Source of the DNA: Candidatus Glassbacteria bacterium RIFCSPLOWO2_12_FULL_58_11
GTDB taxonomy: Bacteria; Gemmatimonadota; Glassbacteria; GWA2-58-10
DNA length: 36,378 nucleotides
Assembly: GCA_001780825.1 (NCBI GenBank)
Contig: MFIX01000003.1
Location: forward strand, 1 to 36,378
Direction of reading: 5' to 3'
Made by a program: the position numbers and the translations under genes
Shown here: piece by piece, positions 19,671-27,354 of the stretch
Numbering within the stretch: position 1 is the stretch's first letter
Layout: each line of letters starts with the position of its first letter
The notes under the pieces: generated by a model
Databases searched by the model: none
The model's input: only the letters and a program-made list of their open reading frames with translations
What the model was told of the DNA's origin: nothing

Positions 19671-19698
19671 TTGACTTACCGTACTCGGTATTTATACT
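19671..19698 (+). promoter_or_regulatory. Sigma70-like promoter TTGACT-16-TATACT pointing toward sdhA
   Basis: Lies back-to-back with the minus-strand promoter, with the -35 boxes about 42 bp apart in an AT-rich core. Confidence 0.4.
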
Positions 19699-20126
19699 AA
19701 TCGAGCTATTATTCTCAAAAAGGGGAAGCTTATTCCCCGCTAACTTCATTCCGGTGCGAATATTCCGTCGCCGGTATTACCCCGGCCCGGAACCGAGAGC
19801 AGCCCACTGATTTAAAACGGCGGAAGACACCGCCCCTGGAGCAACATCCGCGCCGGCTGAAGCGTTGAATAACCAGCCAGGTTCTGCCGGGGCCGGCGGC
19901 AGCCTCGGTGTATAATGTTTTCCAATCCCTTCCACATCCGGCTTTGCTGTCCGTTGCACACGGTTTGACCCTTAAATGAATCATTGCCTGAACTGAATTT
20001 ATCCGACTCTTCTTTCATATTTCGGGCCAGAGCGCTGCTCTGTTCCATTGATATCGGGATCGGCGACAGATTTTTTAGTATTTTCAGCAACCGTCATTTC
20101 ATTTTCTATCGTCTCCGGAGTTGCTA

Positions 20127-21845
20127 ATGACAGAAATAATCTCGCACGATATCCTCGTGCTCGGTTCCGGCCTGGCCGGTCTGCGCGCCGCCCTGTCGGC
20201 CTCTATCGCCACGCGGGGCAAGGTGGATATCGCTATCGTGAGCAAGGTTCAGTTGATGCGTTCGCATTCGGTAGCCGCGGAGGGCGGCACGGCGGCGGTC
20301 CTGCGGACCGAGGAGGGCGACAGTATCGACCTTCACGCCTGGGACACGGTCAAAGGCAGCGATTTTCTCGCCGACCAGGATGTAGTCATGCGCTTCGCGC
20401 AAAGCATGCCGGAAGAGATAAAACAGCTCGAACATTGGGGAATCCCCTGGAGCCGGCGGCCAGATGGCAGGATCGACCAGCGGGATTTCGGGGGACACGG
20501 CTACCCCCGGGCCACTTTCGCCGCCGACAAGACCGGCTTTTTCGAAATGCAAACCCTCTACGACACCCTGACCCGCTACCAGAACACTACCCGTTACGAT
20601 GAATGGTTCGTCACCTCGATCCTGACCGAGGACGGCGAGTTCAGGGGCCTGAGCGCGATCGATCTGGCCACCGGACAGTTTCACGTGCTGCTGGGCAAGG
20701 CTCTGATTATCGCCACCGGCGGTGCGGGCCGGATTTCCGGTTTCACCACCTATTCGCATTCCGTGACCGGGGATGGAATCGCCCTGGCGTACCGGGCCGG
20801 TATCCCTATCAAGGACATGGAGTTCATCCAGTTTCACCCGACCGGCCTGATCCCGACCGGAATCCTGATGACCGAGGGCTGCCGCGGCGAGGGCGGCTAC
20901 CTGCTGAACAGCAAAGGCGAGCGGTACATGGAGGGTTACGCTCCGGGGAAAAAGGAGCTCGCCCCCCGCGACATTGTCTCCCGCGCCACAATCACCGAAA
21001 TCAAGGAAGGCCGCGGGTTCAAGGCTGTCAACGGGCTTGACTACGTTCACCTGGACCTGCGCCACCTGGGAGCGGACAAGATCAACGAGCGCCTGGGTTT
21101 TATCCGGGAGCTGTCGATGAAATTCGTGGATGTGGACCCGGTGTACGAGCCGATCCCCATCCGTCCTGTTTTCCACTATACCATGGGCGGGATCGATACG
21201 GACATCAACGGCCAGACCAGAATGAAAGGCGTCTGGTCCGCCGGCGAATCAGCCTGTGTCAGCCTGCACGGCTCGAACCGCCTGGGCTGCAACTCCACCG
21301 CCGAATGCCTGGTCTGGGGTAAGATCACCGGGGCGGAGGCCGCGCGCTACGTTACCGGCCTCAGCGGCGAGGTCAAGCCGCCCCAAGAGGCTATCGCGCG
21401 AGCCCGGGAGGCCCTCTATGATGACCTGCTGAAAAGAGAGGGCAAGGAATCGATTTACACCATCCGCCAGGAGCTGCGCCGCAATGTCGATGAAAACCTC
21501 GGTGTTTACCGTACCGGCGAGGGCCTGGAGGCAGGCTGCCGGAAGATGAAGGAGCTGAAAGAACGCTATAGTCGGATTGCGGTCCGCGACCGGAGCACGG
21601 CCTATAATATCGACCTGATGTACGCGCTCGAGCTGGGGTTCATGCTCGATGTGGCCGAGGTGGCCTTCATCGGAGCCTTTAACCGACAGGAGTCGCGGGG
21701 CGGCCACGCCCGGCTGGATTTCACCAAACGCGATGACCCGAACTGGCTAAAACATACCCTGGCCCTGAGGACACCCGAGGGGCCGCGGCTGGATTTTTCC
21801 GCGGTCAATATTTCCCTGTGGGAGCCTGTGGAAAGAAAATATTAG
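20127..21845 (+). CDS. sdhA: Succinate dehydrogenase/fumarate reductase flavoprotein subunit
   Basis: Has a GSGLAGLRAA dinucleotide fold, RSHSVAAEGG (the covalent-FAD His context) and HYTMGGI. I prefer ATG 20127 (GGAG 6 nt upstream) over the track's TTG at 20121. Confidence 0.93.
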   Translation: MTEIISHDILVLGSGLAGLRAALSASIATRGKVDIAIVSKVQLMRSHSVAAEGGTAAVLRTEEGDSIDLHAWDTVKGSDFLADQDVVMRFAQSMPEEIKQLEHWGIPWSRRPDGRIDQRDFGGHGYPRATFAADKTGFFEMQTLYDTLTRYQNTTRYDEWFVTSILTEDGEFRGLSAIDLATGQFHVLLGKALIIATGGAGRISGFTTYSHSVTGDGIALAYRAGIPIKDMEFIQFHPTGLIPTGILMTEGCRGEGGYLLNSKGERYMEGYAPGKKELAPRDIVSRATITEIKEGRGFKAVNGLDYVHLDLRHLGADKINERLGFIRELSMKFVDVDPVYEPIPIRPVFHYTMGGIDTDINGQTRMKGVWSAGESACVSLHGSNRLGCNSTAECLVWGKITGAEAARYVTGLSGEVKPPQEAIARAREALYDDLLKREGKESIYTIRQELRRNVDENLGVYRTGEGLEAGCRKMKELKERYSRIAVRDRSTAYNIDLMYALELGFMLDVAEVAFIGAFNRQESRGGHARLDFTKRDDPNWLKHTLALRTPEGPRLDFSAVNISLWEPVERKY

Positions 21846-21855
21846 GAGGCACACG

Positions 21856-22308
21856 ATGAAGTTTTTCCAACTGGAGCCGAAAACTCACGCGAACTATCTG
21901 GGAGTCAAGGGCTGGGCTTATGGAGGCCGGTATGGAATCGAAAGGTACTTGTACACCCTGCAGAGAGTCACCGGTCTGGGTGTCCTGCTCTACCTGCCGA
22001 TGCACCTGATCGTTACCTCCCAGAAGCTGAACCAGGCGGGCTGGGAACAGGTGATGGGCCTGGTGGCCCGGGGCCTGCTGCCGTTCGGTGAATTTCTGGT
22101 CTTTGTCGGCGGCGTCTTTCACGCATTCAACGGTATCCGGCTGCTGCTGACCCACTTCGGGTTCCTGATGGCCCAGCCGGCCCGGCCGATTTACCCCTTT
22201 ACCGTCGCGGCCCTCAAACAGCGCTGGGCGGTGTACCTGGTATTCGTGATGACCACAGTGGTGGTCGGCTACGGCGCCTGGGAATTCCTTATCGTCGCCC
22301 ACCATTAA
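21856..22308 (+). CDS. Succinate dehydrogenase/fumarate reductase membrane anchor subunit (SdhC/FrdC-like)
   Basis: 150 aa with about three TM helices and conserved-looking His residues (PMHLIV, VFHAFNG). Sits between the flavoprotein and Fe-S subunit genes. Confidence 0.65.
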   Translation: MKFFQLEPKTHANYLGVKGWAYGGRYGIERYLYTLQRVTGLGVLLYLPMHLIVTSQKLNQAGWEQVMGLVARGLLPFGEFLVFVGGVFHAFNGIRLLLTHFGFLMAQPARPIYPFTVAALKQRWAVYLVFVMTTVVVGYGAWEFLIVAHH

Positions 22309-22331
22309 GCCATGCCGAGAGGAGCAAGATA

Positions 22332-22688
22332 ATGCGGGAATCCACGCTCTGGCTGTTTCACCTGCTCGCGGGCGCTGTCCTGCTGACAGTGCTCGGGGTA
22401 CATTACGGGGTCATGCACCTCAGCAATCTTTTCGGAATCGATCACGCCACGGTCCTCTCGTTCAGCTCCGTGTCGGGCCGCTCGGGCCGGTTCTTTTATC
22501 TGGTCGTTTACCTGGTCTTGCTGCCCGCCGCGCTCTACCACGGCCTCTATGGTCTGCGCTCGTTGATCTTCGAGCTTTCCTTTATCGGGCTGGTTCTCAG
22601 ACGCTGGATAAGCAGAATCCTCATCCTGAGCGGCTCAGGCTTTCTAATTTACGGCGCTTACGCGATTATTGCCGGGTTCCTCGGTTAA
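22332..22688 (+). CDS. Succinate dehydrogenase/fumarate reductase membrane anchor subunit (SdhD/FrdD-like)
   Basis: 118 aa with three TM helices and His in helices (LGVHYGVMH, ALYHGLYG). Assigned from operon context. Confidence 0.6.
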   Translation: MRESTLWLFHLLAGAVLLTVLGVHYGVMHLSNLFGIDHATVLSFSSVSGRSGRFFYLVVYLVLLPAALYHGLYGLRSLIFELSFIGLVLRRWISRILILSGSGFLIYGAYAIIAGFLG

Positions 22689-22698
22689 GGGAGATAAC

Positions 22699-23556
22699 AT
22701 GGCGGCTGACATCAAACAACTCGAGAAAAAATACGTGGGGAAGGAAGTGGAGTTCAGGCTTCTCCGTTTCGCCCCGGACAAGGACCGGGCCCCTTACTTT
22801 CAGAGTTTCAGGATCAAGCTCTCTCAAGGCATGACCGTGCTGGATGCCCTGATGCGGATCAAGGAGACCCAGGACCCGACTCTCTCCTACCGGAAATCAT
22901 GCCGGATGGGTATCTGCGGTTCTTGCGCCATGCAAGTCAACGGTTTCCCCAAGCTCACCTGCCAGACCCAGGTGACCGAACTGAATACCGACAAGCCGAT
23001 CGAGGTCCGTCCCCTGGCCAATTTCCCGATCCTGCGCGACCTGGTGCCCGATCTGCGGAATTTCCTCAAAGCCCACGAAAGCATCAAGCCCTACGTTATC
23101 CGCGAGGACGCCGAGGAGCTGGACCATCCGACCGGCGAGTTCTACCAGAGCCCTAAGGAGCTGGAGAAATATCTCCAATTCGCTTACTGTATCAAGTGCG
23201 GCGCCTGCCTGGCCGCCTGCCCGACCAATGCCACGGATCATGAATTTCTCGGGCCGCAAGCCCTGGCGGCCGCCTACCGCTATGTGGCTGACTCGCGGGA
23301 CCAGGGCCTCGAACAGCGCCTGGAGGCTGTGGACGGCCCCAATGGGATCTTCCGCTGCCACTATGCCGGGGCCTGCTCGGAGGCCTGTCCCAAGGGAGTC
23401 GATCCGTCCCTGGGGATTCAGCTCCTGAAAAGGGAAATCCTGAAATATCGTGTCGGAGCGGCTCACAAAAAACCAGCGCCTTTGGCTGTTACCCCCAAGG
23501 GGCTAAAACGGCGCGAGGGTATCCCCCTGCCTCCGGAAAAAACGGTGGGACAATAA
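22699..23556 (+). CDS. sdhB: Succinate dehydrogenase/fumarate reductase iron-sulfur subunit
   Basis: Contains CRMGICGSCAMQVNG (2Fe-2S), CIKCGACLAACP (4Fe-4S) and CHYAGACSEACPKG (3Fe-4S). The start is placed at ATG 22699 behind AAGGGAG rather than the track's 22669. Confidence 0.9.
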   Translation: MAADIKQLEKKYVGKEVEFRLLRFAPDKDRAPYFQSFRIKLSQGMTVLDALMRIKETQDPTLSYRKSCRMGICGSCAMQVNGFPKLTCQTQVTELNTDKPIEVRPLANFPILRDLVPDLRNFLKAHESIKPYVIREDAEELDHPTGEFYQSPKELEKYLQFAYCIKCGACLAACPTNATDHEFLGPQALAAAYRYVADSRDQGLEQRLEAVDGPNGIFRCHYAGACSEACPKGVDPSLGIQLLKREILKYRVGAAHKKPAPLAVTPKGLKRREGIPLPPEKTVGQ

Positions 23557-23695
23557 GCCGCCTTTCGGGGACTGAGTTCCGGGAGCGCGGAAAGCAGCGG
23601 GTTTTAGCATGGTATTGACCAAGCGGCACGTCCGGAAGAAAAAACAGAATTGCCGGCCCGCCCGGTACTTTTCTCCGGCTTCTCCGTGTCTGCTT

Positions 23696-23718
23696 TTTCC
23701 GCCGGCCGGAAACTTTTT
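23696..23718 (+). terminator. Weak intrinsic-terminator candidate for the sdh operon
   Basis: Hairpin tttccg-ccggc-cggaaa followed by cTTTTTg. Only 3 GC pairs. Lies 140 nt after the sdhB stop. Confidence 0.3.
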
Positions 23719-24069
23719 GCAAAGCCTAAGCGGACCGCACCGCGGATTGCCATCCGCAAGGATGGCTGGACGGTTGCAGCGTGCCGATATTCCCGGACTC
23801 TTCCCTTGCCATTCCAGCCGATTCACCGCCGCCCGAGCCATTCATTCCGGTTAACAGTTGCCGCTTTTTCGCAAGAGCCTGAGTCGCCGAGCGCTCTCTC
23901 CGGACCGCGGATGCCTCAGCTCCGGAGGATCGGCGGCACACAATGAGAATTAAGCATATCATGACTTCTGCCGAATATTATAGTACGCGGCGAAGTGAGC
24001 AGGACGCGGCTGAGGGAACACTGCGAGGGCGCTATTGTATTTCTAATATAGGAATTTGATCAATATTTC

Positions 24070-24098
24070 TTGAACTTCTTATTTAGCATAACTATTAT
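24070..24098 (+). promoter_or_regulatory. Sigma70-like promoter TTGAAC-17-TATTAT upstream of the orphan gene pair
   Basis: Lies in the AT-rich segment 23941-24110. It implies a GC-rich 5' leader of about 270 nt before ATG 24377. Confidence 0.35.
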
Positions 24099-24376
24099 TA
24101 TCCAAGCCGGGCGGGCGAGTGGTTTTGTGGAATAACCCCTGCCGGAAAGAATTATCGGTATATCCGGAGAGTCAGTTTCTTCCGCCCCTCTTCAGCGGGT
24201 CAGGAATGTGAGCCATCGGCGGATCCAGGCCCCGGCCGATGGCTGCCGGCGGCGCGCCGCTGAATACCGGGCCCGGGCGGACCGGCCGATAACCGGTAAG
24301 CCTCCCTGTCTCCGGCGCGTAATCCTGACGGCCGTAATATTTTCTAAATTATCCGCATTTTTCACAGGCAGCGCAG

Positions 24377-25228
24377 ATGGGATCATTATTTATCTTTTTT
24401 ATCATAGTATTCATCATGGCGCTCTTGATTGTCGGCTGGGCGATGGTTCTCAAGGTCCAGAAAGAGCGTAAGATATCCGAATTCAAGATCTCCTACATGC
24501 GCCTGTCCGGTGAGGAGCAGGCCGCGTATCAACATTACGTGCAGGCCGAAAAAACGCATCAGGATGTGGAAATCGATATCGAAAAGAGCAAGGAAATAAT
24601 CGATTCGCTCAGACTGAAAGTGCAGCATCGCCGGAAGGAGCTGCGAGTGTTGATCGAACAGCTCCGGGTAATCAAATCCAAAATCAACCTGCTGACCGGA
24701 AGCAGCTCGAAACTGGACCTGGAGTTGGATCGCACCAAATTGACCAGCGAGGTCAAGACCCGGCTGATGCTCAACAATGAAGACAAGCTTCGGATCCTTC
24801 ACGAAAAAGGCAAGATCCAGGAAAAAACGGTGGATTTGCCTTATCTGGCCAAGGAATCGTCCGAGCGGGGCACCGCCTGGGAAAATCTGCGCAAGCAGGT
24901 AGAGCAGATAGAGAGCGAATTCCGGGCCCTGGACTTCAATGCCTACAAGCGTTTCGCCGAATCTTTCATCAAGAGCCGCTCGGCGGAACACAAGCTCGAT
25001 CCGGAAAGAGAGCTTGTAAATATGATCCTGCTGATTAATAATAAAAAGGGTCTGCTTTACGCCCGGAACAAAGAGATGGCCAAGGACCCGACGACCGAGT
25101 CGACCAGGCTGGTGCAGCAATACGAAGGCGACATCAAAAAATTGGAAGCGCAGTTGGTAGCCAGAAGCAAGGGGCTGGGGATTTCCCCTAAAAGATTGAA
25201 CGAGCTGCGAAACCTGTTCTTTAAATAG
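24377..25228 (+). CDS. Hypothetical membrane-anchored coiled-coil protein
   Basis: 283 aa. Has an N-terminal TM helix (SLFIFFIIVFIMALLIVGWAMVL) followed by long Lys/Glu/Leu/Gln-rich heptad-like sequence. I recognise no family motif. It is AT-richer by eye than flanking genes. Its antisense ORF (24386-25120) is not preferred. Confidence 0.6.
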   Translation: MGSLFIFFIIVFIMALLIVGWAMVLKVQKERKISEFKISYMRLSGEEQAAYQHYVQAEKTHQDVEIDIEKSKEIIDSLRLKVQHRRKELRVLIEQLRVIKSKINLLTGSSSKLDLELDRTKLTSEVKTRLMLNNEDKLRILHEKGKIQEKTVDLPYLAKESSERGTAWENLRKQVEQIESEFRALDFNAYKRFAESFIKSRSAEHKLDPERELVNMILLINNKKGLLYARNKEMAKDPTTESTRLVQQYEGDIKKLEAQLVARSKGLGISPKRLNELRNLFFK

Positions 25229-25271
25229 AATCCCGGTTCCAGCGCTTATACGGGCCGGGAGAAATAAACCT

Positions 25272-26036
25272 GTGCAAAATGTTTCGTCAAATATTTGCCT
25301 CGCCGCCGCCGCGCTCCTGATCAGCCTCAGCCCGGCCGCGGCCCAGACTCAGGCCGCGCCGCCTGCCGACAGTGCCGCGGAAGCGCTCAAAGCCCCGAGC
25401 GTGCTGCATAGTCAGGTCAGTTTCAGCGATACTATCCCGGAATATTTCTTTAATATCGTGGAAAATCTCGGGCTCAACAGCGCTGCGGTCAAATTGATTG
25501 CCCGCTTCCAGAGCGTTCCGGAAGACCTGATCCTGCAGGCCCTGGCCAAGGGAAACCGGGAGGTGAACCAGTTGCGGGCCAATGCCTATACCGTGTTCTA
25601 CGCCATCCAGTTGTTCTGCCAGAGAGACAGCCTCTGGAACGCCTTCTTTACCGATATCGATCTGCAGTTCCGCGAGCCGAATATAATGATCGCCAATTTC
25701 CGCAACGATCAGAAAGGGAAAAGCTACGCCCTGAACGATCTGTTTTATTCCACTTTTTTCCAGGAATTGCTGCTCAGTCTGGGCAATATCGGCATTCCGA
25801 TGTCAAGGGATGGGAAGCAGTGGCTTGAAGGCTGGCCGGATGAGCTGCGCTGGAAATACCGCGAATACTCTTTCGAATACCTGCCGGAATCCATGGCCAT
25901 CCGGGTATTGGGCGTAAGAGGCGCCGCCGGAGACACCGGCGTGGACCAGTCTTCCACCGTCAGATTGCTGCCCAATAAGCCGGTTCTGCAGGTCGAACCC
26001 GGCGATACGGTCGAGCCTCCGCTGCGGGTGCCCTGA
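25272..26036 (+). CDS. Hypothetical secreted protein
   Basis: 254 aa. GTG start behind GGGAGA. Signal peptide-like N-terminus (ICLAAAALLISLSPAAAQTQA). The aromatic-rich body has no motif I recognise. Starts 43 nt after the previous gene, so an operon is likely. Confidence 0.55.
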   Translation: MQNVSSNICLAAAALLISLSPAAAQTQAAPPADSAAEALKAPSVLHSQVSFSDTIPEYFFNIVENLGLNSAAVKLIARFQSVPEDLILQALAKGNREVNQLRANAYTVFYAIQLFCQRDSLWNAFFTDIDLQFREPNIMIANFRNDQKGKSYALNDLFYSTFFQELLLSLGNIGIPMSRDGKQWLEGWPDELRWKYREYSFEYLPESMAIRVLGVRGAAGDTGVDQSSTVRLLPNKPVLQVEPGDTVEPPLRVP

Positions 26037-26079
26037 CGCGGGCGCGTCCCTTCCGTCACGATTACCCCTCCCGGGAGGA

Positions 26080-26108
26080 TTGACATTCGGCGGGGGCCGG
26101 ACTATTAT
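26080..26108 (+). promoter_or_regulatory. Sigma70-like promoter TTGACA-17-TATTAT for pheA
   Basis: Consensus -35 with exact 17-nt spacing, 60 nt upstream of ATG 26169. Confidence 0.5.
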
Positions 26109-26168
26109 AAGCGAAACTCCGGAAGCCTTTCTTTTCCTCGATTAATACTTCGACTCAGCGAACTCTCT

Positions 26169-26978
26169 ATGAAATTAGACGTCCTGGGCCCGCAGGGAAC
26201 ATTCAGCCATGAGGCCGCTCTGGCCCTGGATCCGAAGGCGGAGATCATCTTCCAGCGGACCATCCGGGATATTTTCGACCACACGGCCTCCGGCGGCAGC
26301 GACAGAGGACTGGTTCCCTTAGAGAACTCAGTCTCCGGGACAATCGGCGATACGCTGGATAACCTTACCGAGAGCGAGTTGCAGATCGAGCGCGAGATAA
26401 TCCACCCGGTGATCCATCATCTGGCCGCTATCTCGGGCGGGAAGAAAGTGACCGCCATCCTCTGCCATCCCCAGTCTTACGCCCAGTGCGAAAAATTTAT
26501 CCGCACCAGGTATCCGGAGGCGGAGATAATCCAGACCGGCAGCAACGGCAAGAGCGCCGAGCGCCTGCGGGAGGAGGGGCGCGAGGACTGGGCCGCGGTG
26601 GTGCCGGAGCTGGCGATCAAGCTCTACAAGCTGAAAGTCCTGCACTCGCAGATCCAGGACAACCGCTACAATGTGACCCGCTTCGGGCTAATTTCCCTTC
26701 AGCCTACCTCTTCCAGCGGATACGACCGCACCAGCCTGGCGCTTTACCCCCAGATCGACTATCCGGGCCTGCTGCATGAAATCCTGGGGCATTTCTCCGG
26801 CCGGGGTGTGAACCTGAGCAAGATCGAGTCCCGGCCGTCGAAAGGCCGCCTGGGGGACTATATTTTCTTTGTCGATGTCCAGGGTCACCAGTTTGATGAG
26901 CGGGTGGCCGAGGCCATCGAGTCCCTGAAGAAGATAGCCTTTGTCAAGGTCCTCGGCTCCTACCCCCGCCAATATTGA
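26169..26978 (+). CDS. pheA: Prephenate dehydratase (monofunctional, with a C-terminal ACT domain)
   Basis: Contains LGPQGTFSH, NVTRFGLI (TRF motif) and ESRPSKGRLGDYIFFVD (ESRP motif). No chorismate mutase domain. Confidence 0.9.
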   Translation: MKLDVLGPQGTFSHEAALALDPKAEIIFQRTIRDIFDHTASGGSDRGLVPLENSVSGTIGDTLDNLTESELQIEREIIHPVIHHLAAISGGKKVTAILCHPQSYAQCEKFIRTRYPEAEIIQTGSNGKSAERLREEGREDWAAVVPELAIKLYKLKVLHSQIQDNRYNVTRFGLISLQPTSSSGYDRTSLALYPQIDYPGLLHEILGHFSGRGVNLSKIESRPSKGRLGDYIFFVDVQGHQFDERVAEAIESLKKIAFVKVLGSYPRQY

Positions 26979-26985
26979 TAGCTTT

Positions 26986-27120
26986 GTAAAAAGTCCATCT
27001 ACTTCGTTGTGCGGCAGCTCTCGTCACTGCGGCGTACCGTTAAGTACGCCTCATTCCTCGATCTTTGCACGCCTCGTATCCGGAGCTTTTTACTTTGCTA
27101 TCCAGAACTGGACTTTTTAC
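26986..27120. repeat. 135-bp MITE/REP-like element bounded by perfect 12-bp inverted repeats
   Basis: gtaaaaagtcca (26986-26997) is the exact reverse complement of tggactttttac (27109-27120). An internal perfect 7-bp hairpin ggcgtac-cgttaa-gtacgcc sits at 27031-27050. Only junk ORFs cross it. Confidence 0.5.
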
Positions 27121-27208
27121 GAGGCCAGCAATACTGAGAGAACGGAAACTGCACCTTTTTTCTTCAGTCCGCCGCTCGACTCCGGCCGATATTCCCGGCG
27201 AAAGATAA

Positions 27209-27237
27209 TTGACAGTCCGCGGCCCGGGCGCTAGATT
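27209..27237 (+). promoter_or_regulatory. Sigma70-like promoter TTGACA-17-TAGATT for glucokinase-HAD
   Basis: Consensus -35 with exact 17-nt spacing, about 118 nt upstream of ATG 27355. Confidence 0.45.
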
Positions 27238-27354
27238 GTGTGCCGGTTCGGACAGGATCGTCCTCCGGCCCGCTTTGTCCGCAGCGTGGGCGCTGTCGCC
27301 TTCTGTCCATTTACCCCGCAATCATGAAATCCATCAATGTGAAAGAGTGGAAAC

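Noticed and set aside
19812-20090. 92-aa minus-strand ORF (TTG start; internal MEQSSALARNMKEESDKF...) in the infC-sdhA gap. Also the 78-aa ORF at 23726-23962.
   Set aside because: Neither has a convincing SD. Third-position GC looks lower than in neighbouring genes. The C-terminal halves turn Arg/Cys/Pro-rich like non-coding frames, and there is no recognisable motif. I kept them only as a possibility under the relevant findings.
19319-20126. Replication origin hypothesis, because all genes to the left are minus-strand, all to the right are plus-strand, and the gap has an AT-rich core.
   Set aside because: I found only weak DnaA-box-like 9-mers (for example TTATCCGAC near 20000, and 6 of 9 matches at CCTTCCACA). 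There is no cluster, and no dnaA, dnaN or gid genes are nearby. Divergent operon promoters explain the layout. A GC-skew plot over the whole contig would settle it.
20121-22698. Track start codons TTG 20121 for sdhA and 22669 for sdhB.
   Set aside because: In-frame ATGs at 20127 and 22699 are each preceded by a well-spaced SD (GGAG, AAGGGAG). The 22669 start would overlap the preceding anchor-subunit gene.
23625-23650. SRP RNA domain IV-like GUCCGGAAG, and a similar CCCGGAACCGAGAGCAGCC at about 19783-19805.
   Set aside because: The GGAA would-be tetraloop is not closed by complementary bases, and the flanking symmetric-loop motifs (AGG / AGCA in a helix) cannot be formed.
23553-23810. RNase P RNA-like fragments on the minus strand: GAAGAGUCCGGG (compare GAGGAAAGUCCGGGC) and GGCGGCUUAUUG (compare CCCGGCUUAU).
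   Set aside because: The two segments are not complementary, so no P4 helix can form. They are only about 240 nt apart. None of the other universal blocks (GGUAAGAGCGCACC, AGGGUGAAA, ACAGAA) are present.
24198-24205. GGUCAGGA, an 8-mer shared with the guanidine-III riboswitch core.
   Set aside because: An 8-nt match is expected by chance in 36 kb. The surrounding sequence does not reproduce the 41-nt pseudoknot consensus, and the downstream gene is not a transporter or guanidine-related.
24386-25120. 244-aa minus-strand ORF antisense to the coiled-coil gene.
   Set aside because: The plus-strand frame has an ATG start, an N-terminal TM helix, a clean heptad-like composition and operon continuity with the next gene. 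The antisense frame is Leu/Phe/Gln-rich with no start context.
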